From positions 103,401-167,400 of IMG/VR virus record IMGVR_UViG_3300032123_000052: 64,000 bases of DNA. One strand, written 5' to 3'. The number at the start of each line of letters is the position of its first letter. The first letter of the stretch is position 1. A program made the translations under genes and the position numbers. This DNA comes from a virus. The notes under the pieces were generated by a model. It saw only the letters and a list, made by a program, of their open reading frames with translations, was not told the DNA's origin and searched no databases. Positions 52,599-61,196 of this stretch are shown one piece after another.

Positions 52599-52681
52599 TT
52601 ATTATATCCTTAAAATATAAGTAAGCTTACTTATAATATAAGTGTGTTTGTTTCAAAATTCAAACATTTTTTTATATATTT

Positions 52682-53452
52682 TCAATAAATATCATCAATA
52701 CGCTTTATGCTGTTAATGTTAATCTCTGTGATTGAGCTACCATCCCACATTCTGATACACAAAGCATCGGCATACCTGAATTCTCCAACATAAATCACAC
52801 CACTATACTGATGGATAGCATAGTGATGATTTGTCTCAAGGCATTTTCCTGCAACATCCCGCCGCCAGTAATCACACATCTCAGAATAGGTCATCAGGAT
52901 GACATTTTCAATATTATCAATATTAACAATGTGAAACACACCTTCAGCCTGTGTCATCCTTATCGTACCGTCGCGCCCAAGGCTGCAGAATTCTCCAATA
53001 ACATCATTACCACCATTTTTATCTTTAATCTTATAATGGTTTCCGGGGCGCATTTTGGTATTATTGATAGTAACTCCCTGTTTACCATCGAAATGCTGAA
53101 AGCCCATCCAGTCCTGTTTTGGGATATCATCTTCATCCTGGGCCGCCGTCTCAAGTATATTTGATTCAACTAGATCGTCATCACCATTCTCATCATGATT
53201 TGTTTCATAGTAATCCCACTCTTCTTCTTCAAACATTTCTCTCTTCCATGGTATATATACCAGAAGAGCTTCAATTACCGGACAATTCTCCGGTTTATTC
53301 TCTATACACCACACTCCGAGACTGCAATTACAATCCTGCTCACCACGAGCGTCTGTATGCATATCATCATAATTTAAGTGTGGGCAAGGCATATTTCTGA
53401 GTTCATTGAATATCTGCTCAGTTCCGCTGGTTATATCGGTCTTTGTTATCAA
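52682..53452 (-). CDS. hypothetical protein with tandem C-terminal beta domains
   Basis: 256 aa; two copies of NHY.I...G..V.GEF...IRM...IN. Confidence 0.6.
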   Translation of the reverse strand: MITKTDITSGTEQIFNELRNMPCPHLNYDDMHTDARGEQDCNCSLGVWCIENKPENCPVIEALLVYIPWKREMFEEEEWDYYETNHDENGDDDLVESNILETAAQDEDDIPKQDWMGFQHFDGKQGVTINNTKMRPGNHYKIKDKNGGNDVIGEFCSLGRDGTIRMTQAEGVFHIVNIDNIENVILMTYSEMCDYWRRDVAGKCLETNHHYAIHQYSGVIYVGEFRYADALCIRMWDGSSITEININSIKRIDDIY

Positions 53453-53507
53453 AATATTCCTTTCTCCATATTAGACATAATACCATCATCAATCGCGTCG
53501 TCCCAAT

Positions 53508-53948
53508 TTACCATATACCACCTTTCTTTTTAATTATTCTCTCCACATGTGGAATACCATATTCATACATTGCTGTAAATTGATTTGGGCCCCATCCTGC
53601 TTTTTTAAATATTGTAATAAGACTTTCAGCTAATTCGCCCATTTCTCCCAACAATACTACCTGTGGGTGTTTTATATTATACAAAGCTTTAATTAAACCA
53701 TTAAAATCATCAGCGCTTATTTTTTTTTCCTTTTTTATATAATAATTAGCGATAGTTTCGGTTACAGCTTTTTGATTTATCTCAAAACACTGGCTAATTA
53801 ATTGGATCATTCTACCTGCCAGATTCATATGAATCATACACCCATATGTTTTTCCAATTATCCCACGGATACACTGACAAGATAAATATCGTGGGGACTG
53901 CTCTTCCTTTTTTTTCAACCTAAACCTCCGTTCAAAATCAAAAATCAA
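53508..53948 (-). CDS. hypothetical protein
   Basis: 146-aa ORF. Confidence 0.5.
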   Translation of the reverse strand: MIFDFERRFRLKKKEEQSPRYLSCQCIRGIIGKTYGCMIHMNLAGRMIQLISQCFEINQKAVTETIANYYIKKEKKISADDFNGLIKALYNIKHPQVVLLGEMGELAESLITIFKKAGWGPNQFTAMYEYGIPHVERIIKKKGGIW

Positions 53949-54578
53949 TGACTTATTTTTACAACATTTTTACTAATCTTCTAAAAATCAATGCCCCAAA
54001 TTTACAAATTCCTTTACAAAATGAATGGTTCTGAGAACCTGCAAGAATCGTGCCAATCGTTTATTAAGCGATTAAACCAAAACTCGAGCCTTGTGACATG
54101 ATTGCAAGTAGTTTTGCTGTTATGTCACTATACCTACTGTTCGAGTAGAGCTTTTTAAACCTTGCCTTGAATTTACGCTTCTCAGAACTATTCATTTTGT
54201 CAAGCCTTATATAAACATAAGTCTATACTATATATATAATTAACTAATATATATAATAATAATAATATATAATAAGTAATTGATATTAATATACTTATAT
54301 AGTATTAATATATCTTTTGTACTTTTTTACATATGTATGTTATACATACTCTAAAGATTCACAAAAATTTAGTGACACATTAGCAAGGAGAAAGTGTGTT
54401 TGTAGATAATAGATATTTCCCGCGCGTTATATACAAAAAAAAAGTACAAAAAGTTTGAGGGTATTTCTCTTTAATAGACCAGAAGGTGGTCAAGAGAACC
54501 GAATAATATAATGGATTTGTATTTTAGAAGCAAGAGGTTTTTTTCTTTTTTTCAAAGTTTATATCTATCAGGTATCCT

Positions 54579-55037
54579 TTAACCTCCTGAGAATATCTCA
54601 TCAATTAATTGATTAAACGATTCGACCACACCTGCAGGTTGAGAATTATCATCACACTGTATTGTGTTGCAGCTCACACACCTTTCGTCCCAGTGTTTCC
54701 ACATATCACCACAACCGGCACATAATGGTTTCCTAACACGACTCCAAGATGAACAATTTATCACTGTGATCATATATTTAATTCTTTGCCAGAAGAATGG
54801 GTTAAATGGTATATGTTCGCACGATATTCTTTTTTTATCACGAGAGCATGTGCACGAATAACATTCATCACCGTACAATTCTGCGTTAGTAACAACAAAC
54901 GTGCTTTTGATTTTATCATAGAAATGTAAAAAAATTTCTGTATTAAACATTACATATTCACCAGGGTCTCCAGATATTGTTGCATAAAATGACCCCCATG
55001 GAGGGTATGCTTTGACTTCATATTTTATTCGTACCAA
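54579..55037 (-). CDS. Zn-finger protein (paralogue of neighbour)
   Basis: CAGCGD.W.H...RC..C C-terminus. Confidence 0.6.
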   Translation of the reverse strand: MVRIKYEVKAYPPWGSFYATISGDPGEYVMFNTEIFLHFYDKIKSTFVVTNAELYGDECYSCTCSRDKKRISCEHIPFNPFFWQRIKYMITVINCSSWSRVRKPLCAGCGDMWKHWDERCVSCNTIQCDDNSQPAGVVESFNQLIDEIFSGG

Positions 55038-55494
55038 AAGTTTCCTCCATTAAGATATTAAATTCCGTTGCGACATCCAAATTCTGTGCACACCTACAGC
55101 CATTGCACCTTTTCCCAGGGAAATGAAGCCACGCATCACCACACCCGTGACATTCGACACAAAACATCAACCTGAATTCCTGTATCATATTGTACACATC
55201 TTTCCAGAAATTATAAGCAGGTATTTTATTAATCATTATTGTGGTTTTTGTTGTATCTATATCGATAATACAAGCCCCATGAATATCTAAAAAATTACAC
55301 CCAATAATATTATTATTATAAGCGGTATAATAATTTAGATTAATTTTTTTGTTATATTTTGATATGGTGGCTTCAGGAATGGCCCCTTTTTGCATTTCAA
55401 TCAACAAAACTCCATATTGGGTAATTTTACTCAACGCGGATTTGAATAACACTTTTATTGGTGGACTGTTTGGTTTTATCAATTTATCAGACAT
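55018..55494 (-). CDS. Zn-finger protein (paralogue of neighbour)
   Basis: CHGCGD.W.H...RC..C; AGGAGG RBS and promoter motif. Confidence 0.6.
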   Translation of the reverse strand: MSDKLIKPNSPPIKVLFKSALSKITQYGVLLIEMQKGAIPEATISKYNKKINLNYYTAYNNNIIGCNFLDIHGACIIDIDTTKTTIMINKIPAYNFWKDVYNMIQEFRLMFCVECHGCGDAWLHFPGKRCNGCRCAQNLDVATEFNILMEETFGTNKI

Positions 55495-56249
55495 AAGAAC
55501 TATCCTCCTGAAATTAATTAAAAAATAATTACCTCATCTATAATTGTTATATCAGATTTGTAGATGCAATAACAGCTAAAAAAAAAGAGGCAAGTTGTTC
55601 TGCCTCGATTTTCTACGTTTACAGTACCACGCAATGGCGCAGCTTATAATTCCACCATCGTATGTGAAATGTGTGCTGTTACGCTATGACCGCATTGATA
55701 CGCTCATTATTGTCGAGAAGCCACTCTTGACGAAGAGCCGGGCCGTGAATAGCTGCACACTCTTTAAGCAAAGTAATGGCATCACTTTCGTTGTTGGTTG
55801 ATGTGGAGCGTAATGCTGCCTCTACATCAGAAAGTTTGACATACACTGGTACCCCTTCACATTTACCACGCATCATACCATCAACAGTATCAGGATAGTA
55901 TCTAGTAACTTTTTTCAAACTTTTTATCATAATATTCTCCTTTAAGCGGAATTTCAACCATCTGCTGATATACCGTGCTTTTGTGCTACGGTTATTGTGT
56001 GACGTTTGCTTCGATTCCACCCAAAACGCGGTTTGATTCCACCTTAAACAATGGAAAAGGGCTGGTAGTGTCTACTAACCAATGGCGGCCACACGGACAC
56101 CTAGCGATATATACTGTTTTGCCAGAAACACAGTCTACAAAGTCAGGCTCGTGGCCGGTCATAAACCAATGAAGACCTAAATTACATGTTATCATATCAC
56201 CTCCAATTTTAAAAAAAAATAAATATGTGAAGTGAACGTACAACGTTTG

Positions 56250-56579
56250 CTAAACGGCTGATAGCTGCCGAAGCTGATCAACAACCTCGGCAATGTCTTT
56301 AATATGATATTTTGCACCATAATGATTTTGGGTTTCTAATACATCTGCGGCCTTGGAAATTTTTGTCTTTAGCTGTTTTGTGACCGTTTCTGTTGATTCC
56401 TTATCTAAAATCACAGCGGCTTTATAAGCCGCTTCCACATTGCACTTTTTTTTATGCTTAATATCACTGATGAGCCACGCCTTTTCTCCACATCCACGAC
56501 ATACCGACAGAATATTGTCGCTATCATAAAGCCATTCACCAAATGCATATTCTATTAATACTTCGACTAATTTGCTCAT
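56250..56579 (-). CDS. hypothetical protein with CxxC..H..C motif
   Basis: 109 aa. Confidence 0.55.
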   Translation of the reverse strand: MSKLVEVLIEYAFGEWLYDSDNILSVCRGCGEKAWLISDIKHKKKCNVEAAYKAAVILDKESTETVTKQLKTKISKAADVLETQNHYGAKYHIKDIAEVVDQLRQLSAV

Positions 56580-56627
56580 AATTTTCCTTTCTGGTAGTAT
56601 TATTTGTAGAGGATTGTTCCCACAGCT

Positions 56628-57470
56628 TTATTTGCAGACGATTTCGAAGAACATCGCATCAATGTGTTTATAATCATCATCAGTTAATTCTTTAACGTCT
56701 AATGCATCTGCGTAATTTCCATACACATCAAATTGTTTTTCGCAAAACGTGTCAAGAGTTTTAATTCGTGGGCCGCGGCCAAGCTCATCACCACTCTTTT
56801 TCTGTGAAATTAGATCCTTAACGATATTCTCTATATCGGTAAATTCATCAGATTGAACCGTTCCAATATATTTGATTATCTTATCAAATTTCATTGGGGG
56901 GATGTCGCCACCATGCCTCATCATCCATTCACACGCATAAATAGGCCTGAGTACGTACAGGTATTTTTTAACTATTACATCACCTTCGACGTTTTTAATG
57001 TACTGAGTAAAATTCTTCCTGGCCATATACTCGTAATGATGAATACCAGATTTGGTTTTAAAAAACTTTTCAGCCAATTGTTGTATAGTATAAACGATGA
57101 ATGGTTTTTTTATATATACTATAGGAGAATGTAGCCACTCAGCTACTGCTGGGTTTCCTTTTGATATTAACCTGAGTGCTTTGCTGATATCAAAACCAAC
57201 AAAATCTAACTCCTCATCCTCGAGAGATCGTATGTACTTACTTGTACCAATGTTACCTTTGTTACGGTCGATAACGTCACGCACTGGATTTATTGAGAAG
57301 TACTTGCTAATCGGCCGGGTGTAAACAAACCGGATATCATAGTCACTATCATCAGATTCAAAACCCCAAGCCCTGCTACCTGACTCACAAGCGTAGATGA
57401 TTTTTATATTCTCCATTATTTCGATATTTTTCAATATCTCGATAATTCTATTTATTTTTGTAAATTCCAC
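56628..57470 (-). CDS. Pol-beta-superfamily nucleotidyltransferase (YcgL/RlaP-like)
   Basis: ACESGSRAWGFES.DSDYD.RFVY, K.NP...EWL.SPIVY, KKYLYVLRP. Confidence 0.85.
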   Translation of the reverse strand: MEFTKINRIIEILKNIEIMENIKIIYACESGSRAWGFESDDSDYDIRFVYTRPISKYFSINPVRDVIDRNKGNIGTSKYIRSLEDEELDFVGFDISKALRLISKGNPAVAEWLHSPIVYIKKPFIVYTIQQLAEKFFKTKSGIHHYEYMARKNFTQYIKNVEGDVIVKKYLYVLRPIYACEWMMRHGGDIPPMKFDKIIKYIGTVQSDEFTDIENIVKDLISQKKSGDELGRGPRIKTLDTFCEKQFDVYGNYADALDVKELTDDDYKHIDAMFFEIVCK

Positions 57471-57566
57471 AAAACCCCCTTTATAGCGCTTGGTTAAAGA
57501 GATTGAATTATTATACGATTTTTATTATCATAAAATCTATTAACACATATTTTTCTGCTATCCTTC

Positions 57567-58193
57567 TTATTTATTTACAGGGTCCCTAAAGGATTGGCTA
57601 TCTTTTTCTTTAGGGTCTGTACAGATCTCAAGCATGTTGGGAGACTCAAAAACGTCATACCCTATATGGCTTTTACAGGGTATGAAGTCCAATATGCCAT
57701 ATACATGCTGTTTGAACATCTCATCTTTTATTACAAATAGCTTTTTGAGTTTCAGTTTACTTTTATATCTTTGCGCCACCTTCTCCGTTTCTTGCGATTC
57801 ATTATTGTTATAAAATGAAGACGTTTCCACTTTTTGTATTATACAATCCTTATTGACTATTATTTTTAAAGGAGAATCGGATGTGTGGCTAAGGCCGCCA
57901 CCCCAATCTCCATATCCGCTATACACCCTGCCTATCCCGATTTCTATAAAACAATTGTCATATAGATAATCATCAGAAATAAATCCGAATCCAACACCAT
58001 TTCGGATATACGACTTTCTACCAAACGCCTTAAACAGACTAATATCAGAAACAGTATCTAAAATCTTGTTTCGAAATAAAGCAAATGGCCATTTCATTAT
58101 TTTCTCCTTATGAATAAAAAAGGTGAGCAAGTGTTCCAAGCGAATGGTAAACACCTCATTAATTAAAAATTGCGAATGTGTTTTCTTTTTCAT
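57567..58193 (-). CDS. hypothetical protein
   Basis: ORF; probable start near 58097 after AAGGAG. Confidence 0.55.
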   Translation of the reverse strand: MKKKTHSQFLINEVFTIRLEHLLTFFIHKEKIMKWPFALFRNKILDTVSDISLFKAFGRKSYIRNGVGFGFISDDYLYDNCFIEIGIGRVYSGYGDWGGGLSHTSDSPLKIIVNKDCIIQKVETSSFYNNNESQETEKVAQRYKSKLKLKKLFVIKDEMFKQHVYGILDFIPCKSHIGYDVFESPNMLEICTDPKEKDSQSFRDPVNK

Positions 58194-59138
58194 TCTTCTT
58201 TTTATTTTTCAACTCTTCCCAATGCTTTCTACTCTTACTGCAGGTTTTGTATAGTATACAATCTGTCCCGAAAAAAGATATTTTATTAGGGCCTGCCCGC
58301 CAAGCCATACCGCAACGCAACTTAGAGAAATCAACATCACAAGTATCCTCATGATAGCATTTAGGCTTTTCCAAATTATCCTCCTTATTAATAAAAAAAG
58401 GTGAGCAGACGTTTCAGGCGCTCACTAGAAAAACGGTGGTTTGAAATCTTCGTACCAACATTATCCTAATTTATAATATATAATGCCTATATAACAACGG
58501 ATGTATTCAAACTCATCAGACCGCCATTACCTCGGAAATCACAGCTAATCCTCGACTTTGCTTTCGCCTTCAGCACTTATCAGCCCCCTGTGTGGGTACT
58601 CCGTGCCAGCGTTGCTATATAGGTGTTTGTGTCGGCTTTGCGGAGTCGAACCGCTTCCACCAGTCCCTCAATAATTAAACTGGTGTGTTTTTGACATCTG
58701 AACCGCCTGATGAGTGCCGAAGTGATGGGCCGGGAGGGGTTGGCCTAGTCCCGTATCAGCAGTCGCTTATAGCCAACGTTGGGCCCCTCTTGTAATCACT
58801 CTTCGGTTTAGTCGGACTTTTACCGAACCTGACTGGCAGGAGTTGTATTTTTAGAGGCCTCGGCAAGGGCAGGAGCTTATCCCCACTCACTTTTATATAG
58901 CGACCTCGGCCGACCCAGCGCTTTGTTGATAATAAATTGATACGTGTGCTTCTACGCCAAAAAATCCACCTACACGTCCACATTAATACCTACTGGATAC
59001 TACGTGATAAATATTTGATTCCCAGTACCCCTATATAAAAATAGGATTCACGATTCTATGTGGAGGCGATTTACTCATTAAAGATGGCTGCCTCTAAGCC
59101 TACTACGTATCAATCAACCTTTATATATCGACATTTAG

Positions 59139-59624
59139 TTAAAGTTTAGCCGAATTAACCGCAGTTTCTATAATATCTATTTTTGTTTTAAGATCGTTTA
59201 TCAGAATGGCACTTTGTTCGACATTTACTATAATTTTGTTTTTATTAACAAACATTTCGCAAGCTTTTGGATTTATAAATCCTATACTAACATCACCATC
59301 ATTAAATCCTAATATTACACCAAGTTGAAGTGTTAAAGATTCCTTGCCCCAGTTTGGTTTTATGATTTCATTTATCTTTTTTTCAATTTGACGATTTGCG
59401 CATCTAATATTAATAAATGAACTATCGGCAGATGTTAGAAGCATCCACCCAGAACCATGAAGCACACCGCTGTCAAAAAGGACATTTATTTTTTCTTGTA
59501 ATGTTCTTGCGGATAGTGTATTGATATCATTTTGAAGCACATCAATAGCACCTCGATGATAATTTATTTTATCTTGTAATTGGTTAATTTTATCTTCCAT
59601 TAAATCCTCCATGCAAAAAGACAT
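59139..59624 (-). CDS. hypothetical protein
   Basis: ORF; probable start 59600 after GGAGG. Confidence 0.55.
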   Translation of the reverse strand: MSFCMEDLMEDKINQLQDKINYHRGAIDVLQNDINTLSARTLQEKINVLFDSGVLHGSGWMLLTSADSSFINIRCANRQIEKKINEIIKPNWGKESLTLQLGVILGFNDGDVSIGFINPKACEMFVNKNKIIVNVEQSAILINDLKTKIDIIETAVNSAKL

Positions 59625-59925
59625 AGGCCGGATTGGCTACCGGCCCACGCATTACTTTTTCTTTGCTTTAAATAGTTAAAAAAAGATGTTCGGGAGAATC
59701 ATTTTTTTTATAATACATCATAAGGGACAGCATGCTAAGCGAACTCTGGCAGTTACACGCATCCGGTCGTCGTGACGCGCCCTGACGAGATTAGTCATGG
59801 CTTTTATACTTTTATCTACAACAGCAACACTTGCCATTGTATTGCACATATTTGCCTTGCCAGTTCTGTGGTCTTTTAAGATACTACCAACCTCATCAAC
59901 AGTGTCAAGACATTTTTTCTGCGCC

Positions 59926-60165
59926 TCAAGACTGATAGCATTTCCGTTTCTTGACACAACCAACCTCCTTTTTTAATTGTTTAAATGATACTTTTCCAGT
60001 ACGAAATACACGTCGTAATTTTGCATCTTCTCCAAATCTTGGAAAATACCTTCTCCTTGACCCGTGTTCGTTCCTTCTACACCGCTCATTGTGATACTCT
60101 TGCTTCGGTGTTTCAGGAACGAACAATATTCCGCAATGTGGACAGATTTTACTTTGTAAAGGCAT
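59926..60165 (-). CDS. small Zn-finger protein
   Basis: CPHCG..F....Q.YH...C; AGGAG RBS; directly downstream of the CRISPR locus. Confidence 0.6.
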   Translation of the reverse strand: MPLQSKICPHCGILFVPETPKQEYHNERCRRNEHGSRRRYFPRFGEDAKLRRVFRTGKVSFKQLKKEVGCVKKRKCYQS

Positions 60166-60183
60166 TTTTATCTCCTATAAATT

Positions 60184-60265
60184 AAAAATGCGCGTGAGGG
60201 TGCTCCGTCGGAGCATTATGTCGCATCGTGGCGACACATACGTTAAATGGTAAACGCTAAACAAC
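60184..60265 (-). ncRNA. tracrRNA-like RNA, copy B (trailer side)
   Basis: Paralogue of 61103-61184 with compensatory changes; anti-repeat CCCTCACGCGC, loop CCATTT and a U-tract. Confidence 0.7.
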
Positions 60266-60311
60266 ATTTGGAACTATTTTTAATTTATTTAGGAAAAAAA
60301 ATAAGCCTTTT

Positions 60312-60999
60312 GCGTGCGCGGAAGAAACAATCGTTCTAAAATAATAAACGGATTATACCACCCATTTCCCTCGCGTGCGCGAAAGAAACGAGATAAAAAA
60401 CAGCCTGGTGATGTTTGCCTCCCCATTTCCCTCGCGCGCGAGAAAGAAACTGATACCGTAGTGCTATAAGGCATAACGCCTCCCCATTTCCCTCGCGCGC
60501 GCGGAAGAAACCCATGGCCAGTGAGAGTTTGACATTTTTCCTTCCCATTTCCCTCGCGCGCGCGGAAGAAACTAGAGAGAGAATTGTTAGATAACTGATA
60601 AGAACCCATTTCCCTCGCGCGCGCGGAAGAAACAGATCGTCAATGGCAATAGGGTTACCTTCACCCCCATTTCCCTCGCGCGCGCGGAAGAAACCGTCAC
60701 CAAATATTTTGCATAGTCTTTCGAAACCCATTTCCCTCGCGCGCGCGGAAGAAACGCCAGCAGGTGCCCACGACCTTGGATCCCCAGCCCATTTCCCTCG
60801 CGCGCGCGGAAGAAACTTTTCAATTTTCTCCTTATTCATTGTCAACCCCCCATTTCCCTCGCGCGCGCGGAAGAAACCGAAAAAATTAGGAGCCTCGCTG
60901 ACCTCCTCACCCATTTCCCTCGCGCGCGCGGAAGAAACAGTGGAAGCGAATTTGCGGGCAATTGGTGCTGCCCATTTCCCTCGCGCGTGCGGAAGAAAC
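60312..60999 (-). CRISPR. CRISPR array: 11 full 29-nt repeats, 1 truncated repeat, 11 spacers of 32 nt
   Basis: Repeat GTTTCTTCCGCGCGCGCGAGGGAAATGGG (- strand). + strand starts run from 60361 to 60971 with an exact 61-bp period. Repeats degenerate at the low-coordinate (trailer) end. Confidence 0.97.
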
Positions 61000-61102
61000 T
61001 GCTGGCAATTGGCCCGTCGTCACTAAACAAACAAAATACGATCTGCATTCTTAACTATAGAATTTGTATATAAAGCCTGAAATTGCATAAATTATTATTT
61101 TT
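61000..61102 (-). promoter_or_regulatory. probable CRISPR leader
   Basis: About 100 bp, mostly AT-rich, next to the non-truncated end of the array. Confidence 0.5.
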
Positions 61103-61184
61103 AAAAAAGGCGCACGAGGGGGAACCGTCGGTTCCTTATGCTGCATCGTGGCAGCACATACGTTAAATGGTAAACGCTAACAAC
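61103..61184 (-). ncRNA. tracrRNA-like RNA, copy A (between effector and leader)
   Basis: Three hairpins. The 3' CCCTCGTGCGC is complementary to repeat GCGCGCGAGGG. Loop CCATTT is complementary to repeat AAATGG. Ends in a U6 tract. Confidence 0.75.
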
Positions 61185-61196
61185 TTGTTTAATAAT

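Noticed and set aside
58575..58592. GGGGCTGAT resembling a tmRNA 5' end
   Set aside because: No following GATTCGAC, and no matching 3' T-arm or acceptor end downstream.
58500..58725. CTGATGAG words suggesting hammerhead ribozymes
   Set aside because: No correctly placed GAAA after stem II on either strand.
60817..60848. Possible self-targeting of the effector start (AATGAATAAG shared with about 62517-62526)
   Set aside because: Only about 10 nt match and the spacer 5' end does not. This is probably chance. No full protospacer was noticed by eye, but the search was not exhaustive.
60289..61048. ORFs 60289..60609, 60336..60914, 60587..60823, 60643..61026 and 60842..61048
   Set aside because: They are translations of the CRISPR repeats (recurring RAREGNG, LPRARGK, SARAREMG).
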